DNA of 64,000 bases from Micavibrio sp. UBA2705 (lineage in GTDB: Bacteria > Pseudomonadota > Alphaproteobacteria > Micavibrionales > Micavibrionaceae). How positions within the stretch are numbered: the first letter of the stretch is position 1; each line of letters starts with the position of its first letter. Shown here piece by piece: positions 48,519 to 59,000 of the stretch. The DNA is taken from positions 15,496 to 79,495 of the forward strand of contig DELD01000002.1 of NCBI GenBank assembly GCA_002354205.1, in the 5' to 3' direction. The notes under the pieces are model-generated. The model did no database searches, was not told the DNA's origin, and saw only the letters and a list, made by a program, of their open reading frames with translations. The position numbers and the translations under genes are program-made.

Positions 48519-50816
48519 ATGCATCAAGATTTAGCATCCAAACCACAAAAAAAAACCTCCGCGATCGCGAACCCTCTGGGCAAAAAGTTTTCGAGGCTGT
48601 TCTTGGTTTACCTTGCCAGCATTAGCCTTATCGCAAGCGCTGTTTTCTTTATCTACTCTTACAATAAACAAAAAACCGCGCTTTTTACGACGATCAACAA
48701 GGAAATTGCCAGTACGGTGCAAAGCGCAAGCCTTGCCGCCTATACAATCGATAAACTTGTCGGACAGCACATGCTTGACGGACTTGTCCGCCGCCAAGAA
48801 ATCAGCCACGCCCGCGTTTTGTTAGAAGACAGCTCCATGCTCGCGCAGTCAGGGTCGCTCGCGATTAACCAAGATTCTCTGACATTATTGCTTTTCCCAG
48901 AGCTCAAGAAATTCGAGACCGATTTAATTTTCGACATCCGCGATAATAGCTTTAATGTCGGTAAATTAATTATCGTGCCTAACTATGCAGAAGCCAAAAA
49001 CACCATCCTGCATAATTTGACCAATGGGCTTATTCTGATTTTTTTAATTTCAATGATCTTATATTTCGCCATTCGCCACCTGATTAACAAAGAGCTTTCC
49101 GCACCCGTTATCGCACTCGCGCAGCAAATATCTTCCTTTGAAGAAACCCAGCAAGAGCGATCAGAACAACAGCTTGATATACCTGCAAAGCACCAAAATG
49201 ATGAAATTGGTTATCTGATTGAAAATTTCAACAGCCTGTTCCGTAGCCTCAAAGAAACCAAGACTTATGCATCAAATATAGAAGACACGCTTGAGACCAC
49301 CGAAGCCCAATATACAGCTATGGTGGCCAACACATTTGAAATTTTTATGCGCCTGACCGAAAATGGCGAAATTGAATTCGTAAACCCCGCAATTAAGGAC
49401 ATTCTTAAATATTCGCTCAATGAGGTGATTAACACCAATATCAAAGAATATATCATCGCCACAAACGCCGAAGAATTACAAAATTTTATCAATGATTCAA
49501 TAAGCGGCGCAGCGCAAGAACCTACGCGCGCCCTGCATTTCAAAACCAAAGACGGCGAAGAGCGCATTTTATCATGTAGTATTAATAACGCGCTCGGCAT
49601 TGATAAAATCAACAGCCTTTTATTTATCGCCCGCGACATCACGAAATCTTACAACACTGAAATGGAGCTGCGGCAGGCGCAAAAACTTGAATCTATAGGT
49701 AAACTTACTGGCGGCATTGCCCATGACTTCAACAATATTCTCACCATCATCATCAACAATATTGAACTTGTGCAATCCAAAATCAAGAAAGCAAAAATCG
49801 CCGATGATACGCCGATGCAAAACCTGTTAGAAACCGCATTAAACGCAGGCTTTACAGGGGCAGACCTCACAGCGCGTCTTCTTGCCTTTGCCCGCAATCA
49901 GCCGCTTAATCCCGATAGTTTCCGCCCCAATGAGCGCATCAAAAACATTATCCCGCTTTTGGAGCGTACGATTGGTAATAATACAGGCATAAAAGCCGCC
50001 CTAGATAACGATATAGGCCACGTCAAAATTGACCGCAGCCAATTTGAAAATGCCATCTTAAACTTGTGTATTAACGCGCGCGACGCTATCCCACCTGCAA
50101 AAAGAGGCGAAATCATCATCAGAACATCCCTGACCAATGAAATCCCAAATGTCGAAACATCAGGGCAAAGTTATATTTTGGTTGAAATCATTGATAATGG
50201 GGAAGGCATCAGCCCTGAAAACCTCAAAAAAGTCATCGACCCCTTTTTCACCACAAAGGATATTGGTAAAGGTACAGGGCTTGGCCTATCTATGGTTTAT
50301 GGCTTTGTCCATCAATCAAAAGGTCATTTTAATATTATCAGTACGCTTGGTGAAGGCACGACGATCCAAATGTACTTCCCTAAACATGATTTGTTACAAT
50401 CTGATCCCGCACACGACCATGTTATCGAAGATGAAACAGATGCTGATTATGACGGCAATGGCAAAGTCATACTCATTTTAGAAGATAACGCCACTGTTGC
50501 AGATATTATTGAAAAGCTCCTGCAAGATATGAACTTTACCGTCATTAAAACCAACAGTTCCACCCATGCGTTTAGCGCCTATGATCAGCACAAGCCCGAC
50601 ATTATATTAAGCGATGTATTGCTCCAAAATGACATCACAGGTTTTCAATTCGCCGATGAAATATTAGCCAAAGACCCTGCCCAATTAATTGTCCATATGT
50701 CTGGTTATACGGATCCTGAAAACACGCTGAAAAACACCGCCTATTCTGTCGAGCTACGTAAACCTTTTAGACGGAGCGACTTAGTGCAAATACTACGGAA
50801 GAAATTAGATGTTTAA
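48519..50816 (+). CDS. Hybrid sensor histidine kinase (2 TM, PAS, HisKA, HATPase, receiver)
   Basis: H-box 'GGIAHDFNNILT', N-box 'LNLCINARDA', G-boxes 'DNGEGI' and 'GTGLGLSMVYG'. C-terminal receiver ('ILILEDN', 'LSDVLL'). Confidence 0.9.
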   Translation: MHQDLASKPQKKTSAIANPLGKKFSRLFLVYLASISLIASAVFFIYSYNKQKTALFTTINKEIASTVQSASLAAYTIDKLVGQHMLDGLVRRQEISHARVLLEDSSMLAQSGSLAINQDSLTLLLFPELKKFETDLIFDIRDNSFNVGKLIIVPNYAEAKNTILHNLTNGLILIFLISMILYFAIRHLINKELSAPVIALAQQISSFEETQQERSEQQLDIPAKHQNDEIGYLIENFNSLFRSLKETKTYASNIEDTLETTEAQYTAMVANTFEIFMRLTENGEIEFVNPAIKDILKYSLNEVINTNIKEYIIATNAEELQNFINDSISGAAQEPTRALHFKTKDGEERILSCSINNALGIDKINSLLFIARDITKSYNTEMELRQAQKLESIGKLTGGIAHDFNNILTIIINNIELVQSKIKKAKIADDTPMQNLLETALNAGFTGADLTARLLAFARNQPLNPDSFRPNERIKNIIPLLERTIGNNTGIKAALDNDIGHVKIDRSQFENAILNLCINARDAIPPAKRGEIIIRTSLTNEIPNVETSGQSYILVEIIDNGEGISPENLKKVIDPFFTTKDIGKGTGLGLSMVYGFVHQSKGHFNIISTLGEGTTIQMYFPKHDLLQSDPAHDHVIEDETDADYDGNGKVILILEDNATVADIIEKLLQDMNFTVIKTNSSTHAFSAYDQHKPDIILSDVLLQNDITGFQFADEILAKDPAQLIVHMSGYTDPENTLKNTAYSVELRKPFRRSDLVQILRKKLDV

Positions 50817-51630
50817 ATATGCGCAAATATGGCGCAAAGCGCCGCATTATTTTTTAGCCGCCCTATGCGCGGCGCTAATTTCCGCTGCGCCCAGCGCCGC
50901 ACAGAACACAGCCGATGAAAAACAAGCCCCCACAATCAAGCCGCAAATTTTTCGCGTCGGTTTTGGCTTAGAGCGACCGCCTTTTGTTTTTAAAAACCAT
51001 AAAGACGGTTTAGAAATTGAGCTGATAAACGCTATCGCAAAAGAAATGAAATATACGGTAATCGCTTCATTCTGGCCTAATGCGCGTGGTTACAACGCCC
51101 TTAAAAATAAGAGCATAGATATCTATACAATCGGCACACAAAGCCTTGCTGATGAATTTTACCTCAGCGACACATATATGTCTTTTGACAATGTCTTAAT
51201 TTCCAAAGGCGACAACCCACAAGAGATATCACAATTTTCTGACCTGCGCGGCAAGCGCCTTGCGGCCTTTCAAGGCGCAGATTTTTTAGTCAAAGAAATC
51301 ACAGAGATTAAAGACGATCTGAGTCTTTACATTGAAACGCCGCGCCAAATCACGCAAATCCATTTGCTTTACAAGGAACGTGTTGATTTCTTGTTTAGTG
51401 AGAAAAAAGTCTTTGAATATAACCTTAAACGCGCCTTTGCTAGCGGCGAGCTTGCGCCGCTAGGCCGTGCCTATAAAATCCATCGCGTTGTTCCACCAAC
51501 GCTCTATAGCGCCGCGTTTAACGACCCCATTTTACGTGATAAATTTAACGCCGCATTACGCCGCCTAAAAAAAAGCGGCGCATATGCGCAGATCATGTCT
51601 AAATATGATCAAGGTTTTAAAATGCCTTAA
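50809..51630 (+). CDS. Periplasmic solute-binding protein (family 3, amino-acid-type)
   Basis: Signal peptide. About 250-aa SBP_bac_3-like layout. 8-nt overlap with the kinase gene stop. Confidence 0.7.
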   Translation: MFKYAQIWRKAPHYFLAALCAALISAAPSAAQNTADEKQAPTIKPQIFRVGFGLERPPFVFKNHKDGLEIELINAIAKEMKYTVIASFWPNARGYNALKNKSIDIYTIGTQSLADEFYLSDTYMSFDNVLISKGDNPQEISQFSDLRGKRLAAFQGADFLVKEITEIKDDLSLYIETPRQITQIHLLYKERVDFLFSEKKVFEYNLKRAFASGELAPLGRAYKIHRVVPPTLYSAAFNDPILRDKFNAALRRLKKSGAYAQIMSKYDQGFKMP

Positions 51631-52673
51631 AATGGCATCGGGAATTGACGGCGCACCGCTTCAATATCCGCCATCACATCTTTAGACAATTTCACATCCA
51701 TCGCCGCAATATTACTACGCAATTGTTCCATAGATGTCGCGCCAATAATTGTTGCGGTGACAAATGGTTTTGCCAGCGTAAAGGCCAGCGCCATTTGACA
51801 TGGGTCAAGGCCGTGTTTTTTTGCAACGTCAATATAGGCAGCCGTTGCCTGATGCGCGATTTCATTATGACGATGGTTCGGGTTACGGTTAGACAGCGAC
51901 CAACGCGCCCCTTCAGGCCAGTTATCTTTATCAAGATATTTACCGCTCAGCATCCCCGTCGCCAAAGGCGACCATGCAAGCAAACCCATATCTTCCTTCA
52001 TCGCAATTTCAGATAAATCAGGCTCAAACAAACGGCAAAGCAAGCTATATTCATGCTGTAATGATGCCATGCGCGGCAGAGCTTTTTGCTCAGAGAGTTT
52101 TAAATACTCCATAATGCCCCATGCCGTGTCATTGGAAAGGCCAATTTCACGAATTTTGCCCTGCTGGACGAGCGCGCCGAGCGTTTCTAAAATCTCGAGC
52201 AAGTTTTCGCGGTTCTTATCCGCATCTTTTGCTGTTGGCGCAAAGCCCCAATTACGGCCAAAATGGTAATGGTCGCGGTTCGGCCAGTGTAACTGGTATA
52301 AATCAATATAATCGGTTTGCAGGCGCGACAAACTGCCCTCCACCGCATCAATAATGCCCGCGCGGTCAATGGCGCGCCCTTCGCGTATCCACGGCAAACC
52401 TGCGCCAGCAATTTTTGTTGCAAGAATAATATCTTCGCGCTTACCGCTTTTTTTAAACCATGTACCAATAATCTCTTCGGTTTTACCTTGCGTTTCCGCG
52501 CTTGTCGGTACGGCATAAAGCTCTGCTGTATCAAAAAAGTTAACCCCCTGATCTACCGCATAATCCATTTGTTCATGGCCTTCGGCCTCGGTGTTTTGGT
52601 TGCCCCATGTCATTGTCCCCAGGCAAATACGGCTCACATCTATATCTGTACGGCCAAGCTTCGCATATTCCAT
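51627..52673 (-). CDS. NADP-dependent aldo/keto reductase (Tas/YghZ-like)
   Basis: 'GTMTWG', 'FFDTAELYA', 'IDLYQLHWPNRD'. 348 aa. Confidence 0.9.
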   Translation of the reverse strand: MEYAKLGRTDIDVSRICLGTMTWGNQNTEAEGHEQMDYAVDQGVNFFDTAELYAVPTSAETQGKTEEIIGTWFKKSGKREDIILATKIAGAGLPWIREGRAIDRAGIIDAVEGSLSRLQTDYIDLYQLHWPNRDHYHFGRNWGFAPTAKDADKNRENLLEILETLGALVQQGKIREIGLSNDTAWGIMEYLKLSEQKALPRMASLQHEYSLLCRLFEPDLSEIAMKEDMGLLAWSPLATGMLSGKYLDKDNWPEGARWSLSNRNPNHRHNEIAHQATAAYIDVAKKHGLDPCQMALAFTLAKPFVTATIIGATSMEQLRSNIAAMDVKLSKDVMADIEAVRRQFPMPF

Positions 52674-52794
52674 TGAAAATCATCCTCTATTTCAAAAAAA
52701 GTAAAATTACACAGCGACATAAAATAGAACATCGCAATAAATATCAAGAGGGATAAAACTTTACGTATTACATATCGCCTGCTATAAGCAATTT

Positions 52795-53844
52795 ATGCAG
52801 GGAAAATTTAATAATAAAACAAAGCATACAAAACCAACACAAATCGGCATCGCCTTGCAAGGCGGCGGGTCTTATGGTGCTTACGCGAAAGGCGCGCTGA
52901 AAGCTTTACTGCGCTCTGAATTTAACGCCCGAACAAATATAGCCGCCATTACGGGAACAAGCGCCGGCGCATTAAATGGTGCGATGCTCGCTTATGGCCT
53001 CAATAAAGGCGGTGCAGATGACGCCATAAAGCATCTTGATGGCCTCTGGGATGATGTGAAACTCACAGGCAGCGCCATGTCATTTTGGCACAATCTCGGC
53101 CCTTTGACGAATTTATCATGGCCCAATATTCCCCAACATAAAATGATGATGTTTTCATTTGCCCAAGCCGCCCTGCCGCAAGGCATCGCGATCAATGCCC
53201 TAAAAGATAGTGTAAACGCCCAAATTGATGATTTCGATATATTAAGGAATGGAAAGACAGCCCTGTTTGTCAATGCCGTTAAGCACAACAAGGTCACACA
53301 GCAACGTGAACATACCGTTTTCCATGGCAATACACTTAACGCTGAGAGTATTATCGCATCAGGCGCATTAGAAAGCCTCGGCGGCATTGAAATTAACGGC
53401 GACACATATTATGACGGCGCATATTGGCGTAATCCGTGTTTTGCCGATATTAAGCGTGCCAATATCTCAGATTTATTCGTCATTACCCTGCAAGCGAAGC
53501 CAACGCCCCCTATTGTCGCGCAACATCAAGATGATGCACGCACCAAAGGACACAGAAAAATTGGCTATGAACTTATTACACATGAAATTCATGGACATTT
53601 GGCATATATACATCACACCAACCCCGCATTAAACCTGCACGTCATAAGCCTAGAGCTTGACCCCAGATGGAATGATACCAGCCGCATGAACACTGACCCA
53701 ACATGGTTAAACCATTTAGAAGACCTTGGGAAAAAAGACGCACAGCAATGGCTGGCGGTGCATTTAGATGATCTTGGAAAAAAATCCACCTATAAACCAG
53801 ATCATGGGTCTATAGGTGGTACAAATTTATCAATAAAACCTTAA
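52795..53844 (+). CDS. Patatin-like phospholipase
   Basis: Oxyanion 'LQGGGSYGAY', nucleophile 'GTSAGA' (GxSxG), catalytic Asp 'YYDGAYW' (DGA). Confidence 0.85.
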   Translation: MQGKFNNKTKHTKPTQIGIALQGGGSYGAYAKGALKALLRSEFNARTNIAAITGTSAGALNGAMLAYGLNKGGADDAIKHLDGLWDDVKLTGSAMSFWHNLGPLTNLSWPNIPQHKMMMFSFAQAALPQGIAINALKDSVNAQIDDFDILRNGKTALFVNAVKHNKVTQQREHTVFHGNTLNAESIIASGALESLGGIEINGDTYYDGAYWRNPCFADIKRANISDLFVITLQAKPTPPIVAQHQDDARTKGHRKIGYELITHEIHGHLAYIHHTNPALNLHVISLELDPRWNDTSRMNTDPTWLNHLEDLGKKDAQQWLAVHLDDLGKKSTYKPDHGSIGGTNLSIKP

Positions 53845-53852
53845 GCGCGGCT

Positions 53853-53999
53853 TTACGGCGCAGGCTTTGCATTTATCCCTGCTTTATATACCGTATTTTG
53901 CGCGCCATGCGCATAGATAGGACTGCGTTGCAGCGCCGGATTTGTAAAAGACGCACATAAATTGCGCCCTAAATTGGCCAGTTTGTTTTGTGTACTCAT
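53853..53999 (-). CDS. Possible 48-aa small ORF, translationally coupled (ATGA) to the upstream 123-aa ORF
   Basis: The ATG at 53999 overlaps the TGA at 53996-53998. Sequence MSTQNKLANLGRNLCASFTNPALQRSPIYAHGAQNTVYKAGINAKPAP. Below the ORF-track size cut-off and supported only by the coupling geometry. Confidence 0.2.
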   Translation of the reverse strand: MSTQNKLANLGRNLCASFTNPALQRSPIYAHGAQNTVYKAGINAKPAP

Positions 54000-54367
54000 T
54001 CTAACATCCCTTCATCTATGGATAATACGGCGTTTTGCTTTGATACGCCCTGTTCCCCTAATTCATAAAATACCATTTGCGTTTGTCCACGCTCTGTTTT
54101 TTCTGGCTTAATGTGGAAATGACTTTGTGCCCCCGTCAATTCCCCAAGATCCATAATATAATCATTATCTTCGTTAAGCAGCGCAACAAGGTTCATCACC
54201 TTTTTCTCGCTCAGCTGAATGTCTTCTTGTGCATCAACAACCATGTAATCCCCAACAGGGTCATAACATTCATGCGTGCTGCGCTTTAAAATCAAAAAGC
54301 CGCGCTCACTGATCGGGTTACGTTCATAACGAAACGTTCTTTGTTCTGCTGGCCGATTAAAATCCAT
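53996..54367 (-). CDS. Hypothetical protein (123 aa)
   Basis: Open frame convergent with the patatin gene. No motif recognised. Confidence 0.4.
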   Translation of the reverse strand: MDFNRPAEQRTFRYERNPISERGFLILKRSTHECYDPVGDYMVVDAQEDIQLSEKKVMNLVALLNEDNDYIMDLGELTGAQSHFHIKPEKTERGQTQMVFYELGEQGVSKQNAVLSIDEGMLE

Positions 54368-54482
54368 CCCGATTATGCTCCTTTTAACTTGCTTTTACAG
54401 CGGATTGTGATTAGATCATGCCAGTAAAAAGTTAAGAAGCTGTAAATTTATGAAAACTAACCATAGAATCTAGGAGATATAC

Positions 54483-55793
54483 ATGTCTGTAGCCCCAAAG
54501 TCAGTAGATCAAGACTATAAAGTTAAAGATATAAACCTTGCTGAAGCTGGCAGAAAACAAATTGACCTCGCACAGGACGAAATGCCTGGCTTGATGTCTA
54601 TCCGCGCTGAATACGCCAAAGAACAGCCATTACAAGGCGCGCGCATCGTGGGCTGCCTACACATGACAGTACAAACAGCTGTGTTAATCGAAACATTAAC
54701 ATCACTTGGCGCTGAAGTGCGCTGGTCATCATGTAACATCTTCTCAACACAGGACGAAGCTGCCGCTGCTATTGCCGCGACGGGCGTCCCTGTTTTTGCA
54801 TGGAAAGGCCAAACCGAAGAAGAAGGCGAATGGTGTATCCACCAAACAATCAAAGGCCCAAATGGCTGGGTACCAAATATGATTTTGGATGATGGCGGTG
54901 ACCTTACCGCAATTATGCATAACGATTACCCTGAACTTATGGACGCCGTCAAAGGCATTTCAGAAGAAACTACAACCGGCGTCATGTTCCTTAAAAAAAT
55001 GGAAGAAGCAGGCAAGTTGAAAGTCCCTGCAATTAACGTCAACGATTCTGTAACCAAGTCAAAGTTTGACAATAAATATGGCTGCCGTGAATCATTGGTT
55101 GATGCGATCCGCCGTGCAACAGATGTTATGCTTGCCGGTAAAGTTGCCGCAGTATGTGGTTATGGTGATGTCGGTAAGGGCTCTGCGCAGTCATTAGCAT
55201 CACAGGGCGTACGCGTTATGGTCACTGAAATTGACCCTATCTGTGCGCTTCAAGCATGTATGGACGGCTTTGAAGTTGTCACAATGGAAGACGCTGCGCC
55301 ACGCGCTGACATCTTTGTCACGACAACGGGTAATAAAGACATTATCACCGTTGACCATATGCGTGATATGAAAGACCGCGCGATTGTCTGTAACATTGGC
55401 CACTTTGACAATGAAATTCAGGTTGAGCCAACACGCAACATGAAATGGACAAATATTAAGCCACAAGTTGACGAAATTGAATTCCCAAGCGGCAAGCGTA
55501 TTATCTTGCTTGCAGAAGGCCGCCTTGTAAACTTAGGCTGCGCAACGGGTCACCCAAGCTTTGTTATGTCAGCGTCATTCACAAACCAGACTTTGGCACA
55601 AATCGAACTTTGGAAAAATAGCGCGAACTACGAAAACAAAGTTTACGTCCTGCCAAAGCACCTTGATGAAAAAGTTGCAGCCCTTCACCTCGATAAGCTT
55701 GGCGCGAAGCTTACAGTGTTGAGCCAAGACCAAGCGGACTATATTGACGTTGATGTTAAAGGCCCGTTCAAGGGCGATGCTTACCGTTACTAA
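54483..55793 (+). CDS. ahcY: Adenosylhomocysteinase
   Basis: '[16 protein letters not shown]', NAD-binding '[14 protein letters not shown]', 'GHFDNEI', C-terminal 'KGDAYRY'. Confidence 0.97.
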   Translation: MSVAPKSVDQDYKVKDINLAEAGRKQIDLAQDEMPGLMSIRAEYAKEQPLQGARIVGCLHMTVQTAVLIETLTSLGAEVRWSSCNIFSTQDEAAAAIAATGVPVFAWKGQTEEEGEWCIHQTIKGPNGWVPNMILDDGGDLTAIMHNDYPELMDAVKGISEETTTGVMFLKKMEEAGKLKVPAINVNDSVTKSKFDNKYGCRESLVDAIRRATDVMLAGKVAAVCGYGDVGKGSAQSLASQGVRVMVTEIDPICALQACMDGFEVVTMEDAAPRADIFVTTTGNKDIITVDHMRDMKDRAIVCNIGHFDNEIQVEPTRNMKWTNIKPQVDEIEFPSGKRIILLAEGRLVNLGCATGHPSFVMSASFTNQTLAQIELWKNSANYENKVYVLPKHLDEKVAALHLDKLGAKLTVLSQDQADYIDVDVKGPFKGDAYRY

Positions 55794-55820
55794 TCGTTCA
55801 ATAGGCTGAATCTAATACAA

Positions 55821-55857
55821 AAACTCGCCGCTGTCATAAGCGGCGAGTTTTCTTTTG
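55821..55857 (+). terminator. Rho-independent terminator after ahcY
   Basis: 11-bp stem aaactcgccgc / gcggcgagttt, followed by a T-run. Confidence 0.85.
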
Positions 55858-56005
55858 GGCTAAGTCATTGAAACAAGATTCAAAATACAAAGTAAATATG
55901 CAAAAAATACCTTGCTTTCTATTTCCATATTATGGTAAAAACATTCAATCAAAAAATATATATAGGCAAACTATCCCTTAAACGGATAACAAGGACGGTA
56001 ATAAA

Positions 56006-59000
56006 ATGGCTAATCAAGATAACAAAGCAACGTTAACTTTAGACACAGCAGATGCGCGCAGCAAAATCTCAGTGCTCGCAGAGAAATCAAGCCCAAGCAC
56101 ATCAGATGTTGATGAAGCCATCAAGCTGTTTGAAATGGCACTTACTGATGCTTATACCGTCGCCATGAATAATCACGTTTACACAGAAAAGCTGCAAGAT
56201 GTCATGAAAAAGAACCATGATGCATTGGTTGACATGACAATCAAAGCCAAAGGCGATATCACAGCAGATGATCTGAAAGCCTATACAGATCAAGCCGTGC
56301 CGCAGCAAGACCCGAATGCGAAAACAACGCTTATAGATATTGATCACGCACAAATGCTGTTCATCGGTGATTTGACCCGATATAATGACAGCACAAGCGG
56401 ATCCCCCAAAAGCTTCACTGCACGCCGCGCGGAATCAGAAGCAAAGCGCTACGAATCTAAACTGGATCAAAACGGCAAGAAAAGAGATATAGAAAAAGAA
56501 AAGCTCGCCAATGATGATAGCGATTTTTACCGCTATTACCTCTATCAAGCAAAAATTGATGATAAGCCTGGCACTTTCTCACGCAGCGGCACACGCCAAG
56601 AATTTATTGCCCATATTGATGAACTTGCCGGACGCTGCATCCCAAAAGCAAACCAATATGCCAAAACATACATCCAAAAAGCGCAAGATGCGACGCAAGC
56701 CCTTGTGACAAAATACCAAGGCGTTGGCGCAGTATCAACATTGCTTGAAACCACTGTAAAAAACACACTTTCAGCAGAACAAAAAGATTCATTCAAATTA
56801 AACCACCGCGCTTTTTACGAGGCGATGGTCTCATCTGCTGTGCAAGCTTTTGTCAAAAGCGGCGAAATCAAAGCGACAAAAGTCCTGTTCACAGATAAAA
56901 TGTCAAATAACCGTCCGTTCATTATCAATGCATTAAACCTAGCCCTGACCGATGCCAAGCAAATTGACCTCAGTCAAGAATCTTATATTGTTGGCGGCTT
57001 GCTTGCTGATACACTTGGTAATGATTATACGGTTGAGCTTTTAAAAACGGCGATTGAATATAATGAAGCCGCAGGCAAGAAAATCAACTTACCTGAATTT
57101 GAAGCGACGATTAAACGTTTCAATGATTACATCCAGATCATTGAAAAAGATCCGCTTTTCCAAACACATGATGAACGTAATGAGCCGACAAAAACCCTCA
57201 TTAACTATAATAAAACCGTCGCAACATTTGCTGAGCTGTCATCATATACAGTTGATGGCATTAATGAATTCTTAGGCGGTGACGCCCTTGCCACAGTTAT
57301 CACACCAATAAAAGAAGAGCTTTTCGCGAGCCGTTATGGCGCGGACATGAACTTCCTTGCTTATTTTATCGACCATGTCAAAAAATCTGCGTCGCATAAA
57401 AACCTGCCTGCGGCGATTAATGAAGCAGCCGCAATTGACCAAGTCACAAAAGCGACAAGCCCCGCATTTGCACAAAAACTTGTGCTTGAAATCAGCAAAA
57501 AATCAAACGACCCTGCACTAAAAGCACGCATGAAAGACATTGCACCATTGCTTGATAATTACAGCGAAGGCGCTGCCGTCAATTACGCGAAAAGCGCACA
57601 TGCCTTAAAAGAGGCCGTCTTGCGTAAACGCCCTGATGTTGTTTTAAAACTCACTAGCCAAGATTACGTCCAAGGTATTTTCACTGACGAGCGCATTAAA
57701 CTTATGCTGCGCAACACAGAGTATAAAAACGAAAACTCAAAACCAATCAAAGCGCTTTATGATTATGCACAAAAAGATAGCGTTGCTTTGGCTGAAACCC
57801 TTTCAGGTCTTGCTGGCATGAGCACATCTTCTGATGAGCAGCAAAGCTACATCAAAGCGCTACATGCCCTTGCAGAAGGCAATAATAAGGACTTCCAGAC
57901 CCAGCTTGAAAACTATGTTGGCGTTCTCAAAAACCATGACGGCGCGACATTAATGAACCTTGCGAAAACGCAGCAAATTGTTGCGTCAAAATTCAATCCT
58001 GAGAACACAGAATCGCTCAACAGTTTCCTTGCATCACCTGAGCTTGATAGCCTGCCAGAAGACGTACAAACAATGGCGATTAACGAAGATATCACTAGTC
58101 AAATGCTGATCGGTATGCTGCGCGAAAGCGGCGACAGCGTCATTAAACAGGCGCAGAGCTTTGATAAAATTTCAACGCTGATCAAAAATGAAACAACAAC
58201 CCAGCGTGCCTTCGCCGCCATTATTGAAAAAGCAGAAAGCAAGCCTGAAACAGCACAGCGTTTTAACGACTATGTTACCGTGCTTAGCGCAGAAAATGGC
58301 CGTGAAATCCTGAGCGATTTCGCACAAAGCCGCGAAGATTTCTACGCAGCGCTTAGCAATAAAAATGCTGAAAAATTAGCGACCCTAACGCTAAAAACCA
58401 CAACAGGCGCTTCAAGCGACAACAAAGCTCTTGATGCGCAGCTCAGCGCCCTTGTCCTTACAGATGGCAATTTAAAATCATCTATTGATGTAATGCTCAG
58501 CGCCGCAGGAAACGGAACAACGCAAAAAGTAAAATATCTCGCGCTGATCGCCACAACAAACCACGCAGATTCTGTGTTCGAACATGTATTGGCAAGCGCA
58601 CAGAGTGATAATGAGAAAAACCGCCTCGCAGCGCTGATTAACCTTATCCAAGGCGAAGACGCGAATGCGCCGCAAGCTTACGCGGCGCTTGATGAAAACA
58701 TCACTGCTTTGCTTAAAAACGGCGACACAAATGGCCTGCGTGAGTTTTTGGCCTCTGATGCCTTTGCACAATCAGACTTGCCTGAGAGCGCTGTACAGAG
58801 CCTTGTCGCGCAACCATTAGATAACGGCAAAAACATCCCAGAAATGGTGCTGGCCTACAAAGCTGATGATGCAGAACAGCTTGCACAGAACCTAAGCGCA
58901 ATTTCTGGCTATATCTCTAACGAGACCCGCCTTGAAATGCTGCAAAAGCAGGACAGTAATACTGGCTTTGACGTTTTCACCACATTAATGCACGGCAAAG

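Noticed and set aside
54368-54482. Possible SAH riboswitch in the ahcY leader
   Set aside because: The 115-nt leader is AT-rich. It lacks the GC-rich pseudoknot-forming segments expected of the SAH element. Only an ordinary RBS (AGGAG) is visible.
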